Shown: one piece after another, positions 1 to 10,016 of the stretch | Layout: the number at the start of each line of letters is the position of its first letter | Position numbering within the stretch: position 1 is the stretch's first letter | Origin: an uncultured Actinomycetes bacterium | Lineage (GTDB): Bacteria; Actinomycetota; UBA4738; HRBIN12 | Length of the DNA stretch: 64,000 nucleotides | NCBI GenBank assembly: GCA_963705545.1 | Contig: CAVPJX010000001.1 | Span: 1,157,246 to 1,221,245, forward strand | Direction: 5' to 3' | Notes under the pieces: model-generated | What the model was told of the DNA's origin: nothing | Seen by the model: only the letters and a program-made list of their open reading frames with translations | The model's database searches: none | Made by a program: the position numbers and the translations under genes

Positions 1-805
1 GCGCATGGCGGAGGTCCATCTCCATCAGGTCGGCGAGCCCGTCGGTCCAGACCTGCGACGAGGCACGTCCGGCGAGGGCGACGACGTGATCGACGACGTT
101 GCGCGGCGCGTCCGGGCCGAACTGCGTGACCCGCGCGACCACGCCGCCCACGTCGGCCGGGCTCGCGAGGACCGCGCGCCGCAGCCGGTCCACGCGCCCC
201 GCCGCGGTGCGCAGGCTCCCGAGCCGCGGGCGCAGGAGCTCGGTCACCGAGCCCATCGCCCCGCGGATCAGCTGACCCGAGGCCGCGCCGATCAACACCA
301 CGCCGGCGATCCGGGGGCCGAAGAGCTCCGGGCGCAGCTCCGCCAGGGCGAGGATCGCCATCGCGCCCATGCTGTGGCCGATCACCACGGCCGGGGCATC
401 GGGCGAGACGGCGTCGAGCACGGCGGCGATGTCGCGGCCCATCGCGCGGAGCGTCAGGTCGCCGTCGGCTGCCGCGGCGCTCGCGCCGTGGGATCGATGG
501 TCCATCAGGACGCATCGGAACCGTTCCGACAGGGTGGGCCACTGCTCGGACCAGGTGGACAGGTCGAGGCTGAACCCGTGCGCGAACAGCAGCACGGGCG
601 CGGCCGGATCGCCGGCCGCGCGGACGACGATCTCCGTGCCGTCGAACGATCGAACGGGCGGGAGGCCCTCGGGGGGGATCTGTCCCACCGGCGCGTGCTC
701 GTGATGCTGCCGGTGGCGGCGTCGGACGACGGCGCCGACGGTGCCGGCGGCGACCGCGCCGGCGGCGATCCCCGCGGTCACCACGGCCGTCCGTCGGCGC
801 GTCAT
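1..805 (-). CDS. alpha/beta-fold hydrolase (partial; 3' end lies beyond window start)
   Basis: Minus-strand translation from the ATG at 805 gives a hydrophobic N-terminus, then ...PVLLFAHGFSLDLSTW... and ...AVVIGHSMGAMAILAL... (G-H-S-M-G nucleophile elbow). ATGA overlap with the alr stop. Reading frame stays open to position 1. The plus ORF 5..979 is its antisense shadow. Confidence 0.7.
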   Translation of the reverse strand, partial: MTRRRTAVVTAGIAAGAVAAGTVGAVVRRRHRQHHEHAPVGQIPPEGLPPVRSFDGTEIVVRAAGDPAAPVLLFAHGFSLDLSTWSEQWPTLSERFRCVLMDHRSHGASAAAADGDLTLRAMGRDIAAVLDAVSPDAPAVVIGHSMGAMAILALAELRPELFGPRIAGVVLIGAASGQLIRGAMGSVTELLRPRLGSLRTAAGRVDRLRRAVLASPADVGGVVARVTQFGPDAPRNVVDHVVALAGRASSQVWTDGLADLMEMDLRHA

Positions 806-1902
806 CCGACGTACACCCGCGGGACGCGACGGCCGATCCGCGTCACGATCTCGTACCCGATCGTCCCGGCCAGGCCGGCAAGCTCCTCGGCACCGATCTC
901 CTCGTCTCCCTGCGCCCCGATCAGCACGACCTCGTCCCCCGGCTCCACGGGGCCGTCGCCGCAATCGATCATGAGCTGATCCATCGTCACGTTCCCGGCG
1001 ACCCGTCGGCGCCGCCCTCGGATCAGGACGTCGGCCCGCGAGGACAGCGACCGAGGGTAGCCGTCGGCGTACCCGACCGGCACCGTCGCGATCGATGCAT
1101 CGCGGTCGAGCCGGTAGTGGAGCCCGTAGGAGATCCGCTCGCCCGCCGAGAGCGGCTTCACGTTCACGACCGTCGAGCGCCAACCGAGCGCGGGCCGGAG
1201 CCCGAGGTCGTCGCCGACGCCGGGCGCAGGCGGCAGCCCGTAGATCCCGATGCCGGGCCGGACGAGGGACAGATGCGAACGCGGATGCACGATCACGCCC
1301 CCGGTGTTCGCCGCGTGCAGCACCCCGGGATCGTGCCCGGCCGCGCGCACCCCGTCGACGGCGGCCTCGAACCGATCGAGCTGGAGCTCCGTCGCGACCG
1401 GGTCCTCGGCCGAGACGGCCAGGTGCGTCCAGAAGCCCTCGAGCCGCAGGCCGGCGGCGAGCACGCGCTCCACGAACCCCGTGGCCTCCTCGGGGGGCCA
1501 GAGGCCGCCTCGGTGCATGCCGGTGTCCACCTTCACGTGAACACCGAGCGGGCGTCCGCCGGCCGCGGCGGCGAGGCGGCGGGCGGCGGCGTCCGTGTAC
1601 AGGGGCGGCGTGAGGCGAGCCTCGATCGCGGCGCGCTCGGAGCCCTCCGGGAGCTCGGACAGGACGAGCACCGGCACCGTGACGCCCGCCGACCGGAGCG
1701 CGAGCCCCTCTTCGACCAGGGCCACCCCGACCCAGGTCGCGCCGCCCTCGAGGGCGGCTCGGGCGACCTCGGGTGCTCCGTGCCCGTACGCGTCTGCCTT
1801 CACGACCGCCATCAGCGCGGCACCCCCGGGCTTCAGGACGCCGACGTTGTGACGGATCGCGCCGAGGTCGACCTCGACCCGGGTCGCGCGGAAGTCCGTC
1901 AC
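802..1902 (-). CDS. alr: alanine racemase
   Basis: 366 aa with the N-terminal PLP motif VKADAYGHGA and alanine-racemase family similarity throughout. ATGA overlap with upstream nnr. Confidence 0.9.
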   Translation of the reverse strand: MTDFRATRVEVDLGAIRHNVGVLKPGGAALMAVVKADAYGHGAPEVARAALEGGATWVGVALVEEGLALRSAGVTVPVLVLSELPEGSERAAIEARLTPPLYTDAAARRLAAAAGGRPLGVHVKVDTGMHRGGLWPPEEATGFVERVLAAGLRLEGFWTHLAVSAEDPVATELQLDRFEAAVDGVRAAGHDPGVLHAANTGGVIVHPRSHLSLVRPGIGIYGLPPAPGVGDDLGLRPALGWRSTVVNVKPLSAGERISYGLHYRLDRDASIATVPVGYADGYPRSLSSRADVLIRGRRRRVAGNVTMDQLMIDCGDGPVEPGDEVVLIGAQGDEEIGAEELAGLAGTIGYEIVTRIGRRVPRVYVG

Positions 1903-3431
1903 GCGAGCCTCACGTGGGCAACGGCATCGGGGATCGCGTCGATCAGGTCGCCGGCGACCACCCCCTCCCCCCGTTCGCTCCCGGCCGACAGCCCCGCCAG
2001 CCCGTGGAGGTACGCCCCGGCCGACGCCGCGTCCCCGGGAGCCGTGCCGCGAGCCAGCAGCCCCGCGATCATGCCCGTGAGGACGTCGCCCGACCCCGCG
2101 GTCGCGAGGAAGGCGCTGCCCGTGGGGTTGATCGCGACCGTCCCTCTGGGCTCCGCCACGACCGTGCGGCTCCCCTTGAGCAGGGTGGTGCAGCCGGTCG
2201 ATGCGGCGAGCTCCCGCACGGCTCCCAGGCGGTCCCGTTCGAGCTCGAGGCCCTCCACCCCGGTGAGCCGGGAGAACTCCCCCGCGTGGGGCGTGAGGAC
2301 GGCGTCGGCCTCCCGCTCGGCGAGATCGGCGGCTCGGCCCGCGAACGCGTTGAGCCCGTCCGCATCCAGGACCAGCGGGACCGGAGCGTTACGCACCAGC
2401 GCGCGGACGAACCCCGCCGTCTCGGGGTGCGTCGAGAGCCCGGGCCCGAGCGCCAGGGCGTCCGCCCGTTCGGCCGCCTCCAGCACCACCGGCAGGGCCG
2501 ACGACGACACGGAGCCCTCGGCCGTCTCGGGCAGCGCTCGGAACGTCGCCTCGGTCAGTCCCGCGCCGACGACGGGCAGGACGCTCGAGGGAACGGCCAC
2601 GGTGACCAGGCCGGCGCCGACCCGACCCGCCGCACGCGCGATCAGCCGTGCAGCGCCCGGCATCTCCCGCGAGCCCGCGACGATCAGCACGACGCCGGAC
2701 GCTCGCTTGTGGGTGTCCGCATCGCGCACGGGCAACGCCGCGCACACGTCCTCGGGCTCGATCAGGAACGCGTCCGCCCGGATCAGGTCGTCGGGGAAGC
2801 CGATGTCGACGACCCGCAGCATCCCCGCGCGCTCCGCGCCGGGCAGCAGGACGGCGCCCACCTTCGCGGCACCGAACGTGACCGTGAGGTCCGCGCGCAC
2901 CGCGACGCCCTCGACCGCACCCGAGGCGCCGTCCACCCCCGACGGGATGTCCACGGCCACCACCGGCACCCCCGGCTCGACGAGCCCAGCGATGGCCTCG
3001 GCCCACGCATCGTCCGGCCGTCCGCGGAACCCGGTCCCGAAGATCGCGTCGATCGCCACGTCGGCTCGCGCGACCTCCCGTTCGAGCGTCGCCGGTGAGA
3101 ACGGAAGGACCCGAACACGGTCCACCTCCCCGAGCCGCACCAGATGCGTCGCGGCCGGCTCCCGCAGGTCGCTCCCCACCTCGAGCAGCACCACGGTCGC
3201 GACCACGCCCCATCGCGAGAGGTGCCGAGCCGCCGCCAGGCCGTCCCCACCGTTGTTGCCCTTCCCGCACACGATCACGGCACGACGCCCGTAGGCGCCG
3301 CCGACGAGGTCGACGGCGGCCCGCGCCACGGCGCGTCCCGCCCGGTCCATCAGGTCGGTCGCGGCGGTTCCCCTCGCCTGCGTGGCCCGGTCCAGCTCGG
3401 TCGCCTGATCCGGCGTGAGCACCGGCTTCAT
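1899..3431 (-). CDS. nnr: bifunctional NAD(P)H-hydrate epimerase / ADP-dependent (S)-NAD(P)H-hydrate dehydratase
   Basis: 510 aa. N-terminal YjeF_N motif GKGNNGGDGLAAARHL plus a C-terminal carbohydrate-kinase-like domain (GSGDVLTG). Confidence 0.85.
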   Translation of the reverse strand: MKPVLTPDQATELDRATQARGTAATDLMDRAGRAVARAAVDLVGGAYGRRAVIVCGKGNNGGDGLAAARHLSRWGVVATVVLLEVGSDLREPAATHLVRLGEVDRVRVLPFSPATLEREVARADVAIDAIFGTGFRGRPDDAWAEAIAGLVEPGVPVVAVDIPSGVDGASGAVEGVAVRADLTVTFGAAKVGAVLLPGAERAGMLRVVDIGFPDDLIRADAFLIEPEDVCAALPVRDADTHKRASGVVLIVAGSREMPGAARLIARAAGRVGAGLVTVAVPSSVLPVVGAGLTEATFRALPETAEGSVSSSALPVVLEAAERADALALGPGLSTHPETAGFVRALVRNAPVPLVLDADGLNAFAGRAADLAEREADAVLTPHAGEFSRLTGVEGLELERDRLGAVRELAASTGCTTLLKGSRTVVAEPRGTVAINPTGSAFLATAGSGDVLTGMIAGLLARGTAPGDAASAGAYLHGLAGLSAGSERGEGVVAGDLIDAIPDAVAHVRLA

Positions 3432-3802
3432 CCGCGCACCGCCACGGCGAACGCCACCGCGTTCGCCCGCTCGTGGGTGAACGTGATCAGGACGCGCTCG
3501 ACCCCCAGCGCGTCCGCCCGCCGCTTCGCGTTGCCCTCCAGGACGATCTCGGGTGCGCCGCTCGGCGCACGCCGGACGTGGATGTCCTGCCAGCGCCTCC
3601 CGCGGTACCCGCCGAGCGCCTTGATGACCGCCTCTCGCGCCGCGAACCGGCCCGCGTACGACTCGGCCGGACGAGCCTTCGAATCGCAGTAGGCGCGCTC
3701 CTCCGGCGTGAACACCCGCTCGCGCATCGTCGGGTGCCGCTCGAGCGCGCGCTCCACACGGGCGATCTCGCTGATGTCGACCCCGAGCCCGACGATCTCC
3801 AC
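3428..3802 (-). CDS. acpS: holo-[acyl-carrier-protein] synthase
   Basis: 124 aa starting MEIVGLGVDISEIARVERAL..., the typical AcpS 4'-phosphopantetheinyl transferase N-terminus. Stop overlaps the nnr start. Confidence 0.85.
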   Translation of the reverse strand: MEIVGLGVDISEIARVERALERHPTMRERVFTPEERAYCDSKARPAESYAGRFAAREAVIKALGGYRGRRWQDIHVRRAPSGAPEIVLEGNAKRRADALGVERVLITFTHERANAVAFAVAVRG

Positions 3803-3865
3803 GGACGGAAGGCTAGACGACGGGAGCCCGTCGTCGGCTCCCGTCCCCCGGAGGATCGACGACCG

Positions 3866-5188
3866 CTAGCCGACCGAGCGCGGCACCACGTCGAGGACGC
3901 CGGTCTCCGGGCTGTCGAAGAGCCGGATCACCCGGACCTCGCCGTCGCCCAGCCGCGCCGCGATCAGGGATCCCCACGAGGTCCCGAACGCGGTGCGCCC
4001 GCTGAGCGTCGATGCTCCCGCGTACCAGCCGTCGAACCCGAACACCGGCTCCGCGGTCGCGGCCTGGATCACGAAGGCCCGGCTGCCGTCGCGGGGCAGG
4101 AACGCGAACCGCCGATCGTCGATCCACGCGAGGTCGCCGAAGGCGAACAGCGTGTCGAGTTCGAACCGGTCGGCCGCGGCACCGGCGCGGGCGACCACGA
4201 AGACCGATGAGGCGCCGTCACGATCGGACGTCAGCCCCGCGACCCAGGTCCCCGAGGGCGACAGCGACAGCGCGGAAGCGCCGACCGGGACCGTCGCGAA
4301 CGCCGCGAGCCGGCCCGTCGTCGGGTTCAGCAGCGAGAGCGATCGACCGTCGAGCACGAGGATGCGATCACCGTCGATCGTCACGCTCCGGGCCGAACCG
4401 TGCCAGACGATCCGATCGTCCCGCCCGTCGATCCGGTGGACCCAGTGCTCGCCCCCGTGCCGTTCGATGGCGACCATCCGGCTCCCGGACCGGCTCAAGC
4501 AGACCGCCGCGAGCCGCGGCGAGCGAGGGCCACTCACGAGCTCGATCCTTCGGATCACCCGGAGCGAGGGCAGGTCGCGCAGGACCACGAAACCGGAACG
4601 ATCCACCCGCGCCGCCTCCACGACCCGACGGGATCCCGGACACAGGTCCACGTCGATCGCGTACCCGTCGCCGGGGCCGTACGCGAGCGTCTTCCCCTCG
4701 GCGTCCAGGCCCATCAGGCGGTGCGGGCCGATGTTGACCCCGACGACGAACCGCGTCGGCCCCCGACCGTCGGGCACCGGCAGCGGAGCCGCGGCCCGCA
4801 TGAGCAGGTCGGGGTCGATCTGGCTGCAGAGCCCGGACCACCAACGCCCGTCCTGCTGAGCGATGAACGCGCCGATCCGATCTCCGATCTCCGCCTCGAA
4901 GGCACAGGAGGCGTCGCTCGACCCGGCACGGAGCTCGATCGTGGCGCCGAGATCTCCCTTGACGGCCGTTTCGACCTCGAAGGTGTAGTCCGCGTACGCG
5001 GGCTCGTCCTCGGCCGGGCGCACGCCGGTCAGCGTCCCGATGAACGCGCCTTCGGCCCGCTGCAGCGCGTCGCGCGGGTCCCCGAGGAAGCAGGAACACG
5101 CGTGGGCCGCGGGGGCGACCAAGAGCGACAGCGTGACGGCCGAGACGACGAGCAGAGGCGCGCGGCGCCGGAGGGTCCGTGGCTTCAT
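3866..5188 (-). CDS. hypothetical secreted protein (signal peptide; beta-rich)
   Basis: The real start is the ATG at 5188 (MKPRTLRRRAPLLVVSAVTLSLLVAPAAHACSC...), 20 nt downstream of the glmS stop. The rest of the 758-aa track ORF overlaps glmS in another frame and is an artefact. Composition is protein-like; function unknown. Confidence 0.55.
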   Translation of the reverse strand: MKPRTLRRRAPLLVVSAVTLSLLVAPAAHACSCFLGDPRDALQRAEGAFIGTLTGVRPAEDEPAYADYTFEVETAVKGDLGATIELRAGSSDASCAFEAEIGDRIGAFIAQQDGRWWSGLCSQIDPDLLMRAAAPLPVPDGRGPTRFVVGVNIGPHRLMGLDAEGKTLAYGPGDGYAIDVDLCPGSRRVVEAARVDRSGFVVLRDLPSLRVIRRIELVSGPRSPRLAAVCLSRSGSRMVAIERHGGEHWVHRIDGRDDRIVWHGSARSVTIDGDRILVLDGRSLSLLNPTTGRLAAFATVPVGASALSLSPSGTWVAGLTSDRDGASSVFVVARAGAAADRFELDTLFAFGDLAWIDDRRFAFLPRDGSRAFVIQAATAEPVFGFDGWYAGASTLSGRTAFGTSWGSLIAARLGDGEVRVIRLFDSPETGVLDVVPRSVG

Positions 5189-5208
5189 GCGCTCCTCATG
5201 CCGCGGCG

Positions 5209-7032
5209 CTACTCGACCGTGACGCTCTTCGCGAGGTTCCTGGGCTGATCCACGTCGCATCCGCGGAGCTTCGCTACGTGGTACGCGAACAGCTGCAGCG
5301 GGACGGTCACGACGACGGGCGAGAGCAGCTCGGGGGTGCGCGGGACCTCGACGACGTGGTCCACGATGCCGGGGAGCTCGGAGTCCCCCTCGGTGACCAC
5401 GGCGATCACCGACGCACCCCGGGCCCGGACCTCCTGGATGTTCGAGACCATCTTCGGGTACACGTGGCACTCGGTCGCCACCGCGACGACCAGCACCCCG
5501 GGCTCGACCAGCGCGATGGGTCCGTGCTTCAGCTCTCCGCCCGGGTGGCCCTCCGCGTGGATGTAGCTGATCTCCTTGAGCTTCAGGGCGCCCTCGAGGG
5601 CGGCCGGGTATCCGGTGTGGCGACCGATGAAGAGCACGTCCCGTGCACCGTGGTAGCGGACCGCGAGGCTCCGGACGATCGGGTCCGTGACCTCGATCGC
5701 GCGCGCGACCTGCGCCGGCAGCTCGTCCATCCGCGCGAGGACCTCGGCGATCTCGCTCGGGAACATCGCCCCGCGGACCTGCGCCAGGTAGAGGGCGACG
5801 AGGAAGAGGGAGGCCATCTGGGTCGCGAAGGTCTTCGTGGCGGCGACGCCGATCTCGGGGCCGGCATGCATGTACAGGACGGCGTCGGCCTCCCGGGCCA
5901 GCGAGGACCCGACCGTGTTCGTCACCGCGATCACGTGCGAGCCCTGTCGCTTCGCGTGCCGCGCCGCTTCCAACGTGTCGATCGTCTCGCCGGACTGGCT
6001 CACGGCGAGGGTCAGCGTGTCGGGTCCGAGCACGGGATCCCGATAGCGGAACTCCGACGCGATCTCGATCTCGACCGGGAGCCGCGTCCAGTGCTCGACC
6101 GCGTACTTCGCGACCATCCCGGAGTGGAACGCGGTGCCGCACGCCACGACGAACACCTTGTCGACCTCACGCAGCACGTCGTCACTGATCCGGAGCTCGT
6201 CCATCACGATCCGCTCGTCGACCACCCGGCCGCTCAGCGTGTCGCGGAGGGCCGCGGGCTGCTCGTGGATCTCCTTCAGCATGAAGTCGTCGTAGCCGCC
6301 CTTGCGCGCGCGCGCGACGTCCCGCTCGATCTCGAGCGGGACCGGGTCCACCGGCGTTCCGTCGAACGATGTCACCCGCACGCCGTCGCGGCGGACCTCG
6401 ACGAGCTGGCCCTCCTCGACGGGGATCACGATCCCGCTGCGATCGAGCAGCGCGGGGATGTCGGAGGCGAGCAGGGCCTCCCCGTCCCCGACCCCGACCA
6501 CGAGCGGCGAGGAGACCTTCGCCCCGACGATCAACCCGGGGTCGTCGGAGGACAGGGCCACGATCGCGTAGGCGCCCTCGAGCTCGCGGACCGTCGCACG
6601 GACCGCCTCGGCGAGCCCGAGATCGAGCCTCGTCTCCAGCAGGTGCGCGATGCATTCCGTGTCCGTCTCGGACGCGAAGACGTGCCCCTCCTTCTCCAGC
6701 CGGGATCGGAGCGATCGGAAGTTCTCGAGGATGCCGTTGTGGATCACGGCGACCCGGCCCGCGCAGTCCACGTGCGGATGCGCATTGGCGTCGGTGGGCG
6801 CCCCGTGCGTGGCCCAGCGCGTGTGCCCGATCCCCGTCGAACCCGCGAGACCGTCGGCAGCGAGCGCCGCCTCGAGCTCCGAGAGCTTCCCGGCGCGCTT
6901 GGTCACGCTCAGCCCGCCGTCCGCGACGGCGACGCCCGCGGAGTCGTATCCGCGGTATTCGAGCCGTCGCAGACCCTCGAGGATGATCGGGAGTGCCTGG
7001 TCGGGACCCACGTAGCCCACGATGCCGCACAT
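5209..7032 (-). CDS. glmS: glutamine--fructose-6-phosphate aminotransferase (isomerising)
   Basis: 607 aa starting MCGIVGYVG (N-terminal Cys nucleophile of class-II glutamine amidotransferases). SIS domains at the C-terminus; ends ...KSVTVE. Confidence 0.95.
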   Translation of the reverse strand: MCGIVGYVGPDQALPIILEGLRRLEYRGYDSAGVAVADGGLSVTKRAGKLSELEAALAADGLAGSTGIGHTRWATHGAPTDANAHPHVDCAGRVAVIHNGILENFRSLRSRLEKEGHVFASETDTECIAHLLETRLDLGLAEAVRATVRELEGAYAIVALSSDDPGLIVGAKVSSPLVVGVGDGEALLASDIPALLDRSGIVIPVEEGQLVEVRRDGVRVTSFDGTPVDPVPLEIERDVARARKGGYDDFMLKEIHEQPAALRDTLSGRVVDERIVMDELRISDDVLREVDKVFVVACGTAFHSGMVAKYAVEHWTRLPVEIEIASEFRYRDPVLGPDTLTLAVSQSGETIDTLEAARHAKRQGSHVIAVTNTVGSSLAREADAVLYMHAGPEIGVAATKTFATQMASLFLVALYLAQVRGAMFPSEIAEVLARMDELPAQVARAIEVTDPIVRSLAVRYHGARDVLFIGRHTGYPAALEGALKLKEISYIHAEGHPGGELKHGPIALVEPGVLVVAVATECHVYPKMVSNIQEVRARGASVIAVVTEGDSELPGIVDHVVEVPRTPELLSPVVVTVPLQLFAYHVAKLRGCDVDQPRNLAKSVTVE

Positions 7033-7072
7033 GAGGTCGTTCGAGCCTAGCAGGGCGCCGACGACACCCGGG

Positions 7073-8404
7073 TCAGGCCGCGCCGAGCGATGCGACGACG
7101 GCCCCGGCGATCGCCTCCGCCTCCCGCTCGGCGGCCGCGCCGTCCTCGGCCTCGACCATCACCCGCACGAGCGGCTCGGTCCCCGACGCGCGGACCAGGA
7201 CCCGCCCGGCTCCTGCGAACGCCTCCTCGGCCCGGCGGACCGCGGTCCATACGTCGTCCGCGCCTGGCAGCCCCGACCGGTCCCGGACACGGACGTTCAC
7301 GATCACCTGCGGGAACCGGCGCATGCACGCCGCGAGCTGCGCGACCGAGGTCCCGTCCGCGACCGCCAGCGAGAGGAACCGGACCGCCGTCAGGAGGCCG
7401 TCGCCGGTCGTGGCGTGCTCGCGGAAGATCACGTGCCCCGATTGCTCGCCGCCGAGCATCGCGCCGGTCCGCAGCATCTCCTCGAGCACGTACCGGTCGC
7501 CCACCTGCGTCGTGACGACCTCGATGCCCGCATCCCGCATCGCCTGATGGAAACCCAGGTTCGCCATCACCGTGGTGACGACGCGATGTCCGTCGAGCCG
7601 GCCGGCGTGATCCATGTGCAGCGCGCACGCGGCGAGCACCTGATCGCCGTCGACGACGTTGCCTCCCGCGTCGGCGAAGACGGCCCGGTCGGCGTCGCCG
7701 TCGTGGGCGACCCCCGCGTCGGCGCCGAGGCGCACGACCTCCGACGCGACCACCTCCGGATGCAGCGCGCCGCACCCGACGTTGATGTTGTCGCCATCGG
7801 GCGCATCGTGGATCGCGTGGACCTCGGCGCCCAGCCGCATGAGCACCTCGGGCGCGAACCCGGACGCCGCGCCGTTCGCACAGTCCACCACGACGCGCAG
7901 CCCGTCGAGCTTGCCCTCGGCGGAGGCGATCAGGTGGTCGAGGTAGCGCTCGCGCCCCGCGGCTGGCTCGAGAGATCGGCCGGCGGAGGAGGCAGGCGCA
8001 CGCTCGATCAGGGCGGCCTCGATCTCATCCTCCATCTCGTCAGGCAGCTTCATCCCCGACGCGTCGAAGAACTTGATCCCGTTGTCGCCCGGCGGGTTGT
8101 GGGACGCGGAGATCACGACCCCCGCGGATGCTCCGAGCTCGACGGTGAGGAACGCGATCGCCGGGGTCGGCTCCACGCCCACGAGGACGGCGTCGCCACC
8201 GGCCGACCGGATGCCATCGACCAGCGCACGCTCCAACCAGCCGCCGGACCGGCGCGTGTCTCGACCGATCACGATCGACGGTCGCTCGTCTCGGTGCCGA
8301 CGCAAGACGAGGACCGCCGCACGGCCCAGATCCGTGGCGAGGTCTTCGGTCAGGTCGGTCCCGGCGACGCCACGGATGCCGTCGGTGCCGAACAGTCGCG
8401 CCAT
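7073..8404 (-). CDS. glmM: phosphoglucosamine mutase
   Basis: Conserved N-terminus MARLFGTDGIRGVAG and active-site SASHNPPGDNGIKF. The track ORF reaches 8434 (GTG), but the conserved N-terminus begins at the ATG at 8404. Confidence 0.9.
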   Translation of the reverse strand: MARLFGTDGIRGVAGTDLTEDLATDLGRAAVLVLRRHRDERPSIVIGRDTRRSGGWLERALVDGIRSAGGDAVLVGVEPTPAIAFLTVELGASAGVVISASHNPPGDNGIKFFDASGMKLPDEMEDEIEAALIERAPASSAGRSLEPAAGRERYLDHLIASAEGKLDGLRVVVDCANGAASGFAPEVLMRLGAEVHAIHDAPDGDNINVGCGALHPEVVASEVVRLGADAGVAHDGDADRAVFADAGGNVVDGDQVLAACALHMDHAGRLDGHRVVTTVMANLGFHQAMRDAGIEVVTTQVGDRYVLEEMLRTGAMLGGEQSGHVIFREHATTGDGLLTAVRFLSLAVADGTSVAQLAACMRRFPQVIVNVRVRDRSGLPGADDVWTAVRRAEEAFAGAGRVLVRASGTEPLVRVMVEAEDGAAAEREAEAIAGAVVASLGAA

Positions 8405-8502
8405 CGGTGCCAGGCTACCGGAGGTGGCGTTCACCCCGCGGTCGACCGGCGGGCCGCGCGGGTGATCGACGAGGATGTCGCCGGCGTGGGAGGATCGGCC
8501 TC

Positions 8503-8772
8503 ATGGCGGAACTGGTCAGGGTGTATTCGAGCGGCAACACGTTCGACGGCGAGCTCACGAGGGGACGGCTCGAGGCCGAGGGGATCCCGGTCATGGTGAA
8601 GGGCGAGGGCGAGGGACCGTACCGCGCCGGACCCGTCGACCTCTGGGTCCCGGCGGAGCGGGAGGCGGATGCCAGGGCCATCCTCAGCGCGATCGAACGC
8701 GGAGAGTTCGCGGTGGACAACGACGATGCCGACACCGCTCCGGATGATGGAACCGACCATCCGGCCGACTGA
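8503..8772 (+). CDS. small DUF2007-like putative signal-transducing protein
   Basis: 89 aa from the ATG at 8503 (MAELVRVYSSGNTFDGELTRGRLEAEGIPVMV...), resembling the DUF2007 fold. Sole plus-strand gene in this stretch. Confidence 0.5.
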   Translation: MAELVRVYSSGNTFDGELTRGRLEAEGIPVMVKGEGEGPYRAGPVDLWVPAEREADARAILSAIERGEFAVDNDDADTAPDDGTDHPAD

Positions 8773-8774
8773 GG

Positions 8775-9170
8775 TCAGCGCTTCGAGTACTGCGGCGCCT
8801 TACGGGCCTTCTTCAGCCCGTACTTGCGGCGCTCCTTCTCGCGGGCGTCCCGGGTGAGGTAGCCCTCAGCCTTCAACTGCGCCCGCAGCTCGGGGTCGAG
8901 CTCGATCAAGGCCCGGGCGATCCCCAACCGGAGCGCACCCGCCTGCCCGTTGATCCCGCCGCCCTTGATCGTGGCGACGACGTCGAAGTCCTTCTCACGA
9001 CCGACCAGCCGTAGCGGTGACTGTGCGACCATCCGATGCACGCGCGTCGGGAAGTATTCGTCGAGCGAACGGCCACCGATGTCGAAGTTCCCCGAGCCGG
9101 GAACGAGGCGCACGCGGGCGACGGCTTCCTTCCGACGGCCGGTGATGATCTTCATCGCGCTGGGGGCCAC
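8775..9170 (-). CDS. rpsI: 30S ribosomal protein S9
   Basis: C-terminal ...[14 protein letters not shown]...[15 protein letters not shown] start immediately after the rplM TAG stop, with a GGAG Shine-Dalgarno 6 nt upstream. Confidence 0.88.
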   Translation of the reverse strand: MAPSAMKIITGRRKEAVARVRLVPGSGNFDIGGRSLDEYFPTRVHRMVAQSPLRLVGREKDFDVVATIKGGGINGQAGALRLGIARALIELDPELRAQLKAEGYLTRDAREKERRKYGLKKARKAPQYSKR

Positions 9171-9944
9171 CTACGACTCCTCCTCGTCCTTCGCTGGTTT
9201 CTTCGCGGGCTTCGCGGTTGACTTCGTGGCCGACGCCTTCGCGGCGGAGCGCTTGGCCGCCGATGGTGCCGCGGACCGTTCCGCGGCGCTCTTCGTGGCG
9301 GTGGTCTTCTTGGGGGTCGTCCTCTTGGCGGTGGTCCCCTTGGCGGTCGTCTTGGCGGTGGTCCTCTTGGCGGTCGTCTTCTTCGCCGGGCCCTTCGCGG
9401 GCTTCGGACCGGCCGGAGCCGCGTCGCTCGACCCGCTCGCGGCGCGCCCCGGCCCCTTCACGTGTCGCGGCTTGAGGGGCGTCGGTTCGGGCAGGCCCTC
9501 CCACTGGGGACGTTCACCCGGCGAGAGGGCGACCGGCTGCTGTGCCTGGTGCGGATGGTCCGGCCCAGCGACGACGTGGAGCTTCTTGCCCATCGCCCGT
9601 CCGAGCCGGTTCTTCGGCAGCATGCCCCGGACGGCCTTCTCGATGGCGAACGCCGGTCGTTCGGCCATCAGGCGGTCGTAGCGGACGCCCTTGATGCCGC
9701 CCGGGTACCCGGAGTGCCGGTAGGCGACCTTCTTCATCTCCTTGCCACCCGTCAGGACCGCCTTCTCGGCGTTGACGATGATCACGTGATCGCCGGTGTC
9801 CATGTGTGGCGCGAAGATCGGCTTGTGCTTGCCCCGCAGCACCGCGGCCGCCTCCGACGCAAGGCGCCCGAGTACCTGGCCGTCGGCGTCCATGACGTAC
9901 CAGCGGCGCTCGATGTGCTCGGGCTTGGGTGAGTAGGTCTTCAT
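9171..9944 (-). CDS. rplM: 50S ribosomal protein L13 with long Lys/Ala/Thr-rich C-terminal extension
   Basis: Canonical L13 core [33 protein letters not shown]...[18 protein letters not shown], followed by roughly 110 extra residues (...[40 protein letters not shown]...[14 protein letters not shown]). Confidence 0.88.
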   Translation of the reverse strand: MKTYSPKPEHIERRWYVMDADGQVLGRLASEAAAVLRGKHKPIFAPHMDTGDHVIIVNAEKAVLTGGKEMKKVAYRHSGYPGGIKGVRYDRLMAERPAFAIEKAVRGMLPKNRLGRAMGKKLHVVAGPDHPHQAQQPVALSPGERPQWEGLPEPTPLKPRHVKGPGRAASGSSDAAPAGPKPAKGPAKKTTAKRTTAKTTAKGTTAKRTTPKKTTATKSAAERSAAPSAAKRSAAKASATKSTAKPAKKPAKDEEES

Positions 9945-10016
9945 GATGCGTAACAGAGTGAACGGCCGGGCAGCTCCCGGCCGACGGCCCATGCTACCTG
10001 CGACGTTGCACGGGCG

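Noticed and set aside
5-979. 324-aa plus-strand ORF at the window start
   Set aside because: Arg/Gly/Asp/Pro-rich junk composition. It is the antisense shadow of a well-formed alpha/beta hydrolase (GHSMG motif) on the minus strand. I briefly suspected a frameshift in that hydrolase, but re-reading the sequence (ctgcgcaccgcggcggggcgcgtggac) showed it is in frame.
1117-3294. 725-aa and other long plus-strand ORFs antisense to alr/nnr (and similar: 1773..3098, 2389..3270)
   Set aside because: Long open frames are expected on the antisense of real genes in a roughly 70% GC genome. Low-complexity R/P/G/A-rich translations. The minus-strand alr and nnr have clear family motifs.
3866-6142. 758-aa minus ORF spanning the hypothetical gene and glmS
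   Set aside because: Only the 3' part (from the ATG at 5188, with signal peptide) is plausible. The 5' two-thirds overlaps glmS (5209..7032) in another frame.
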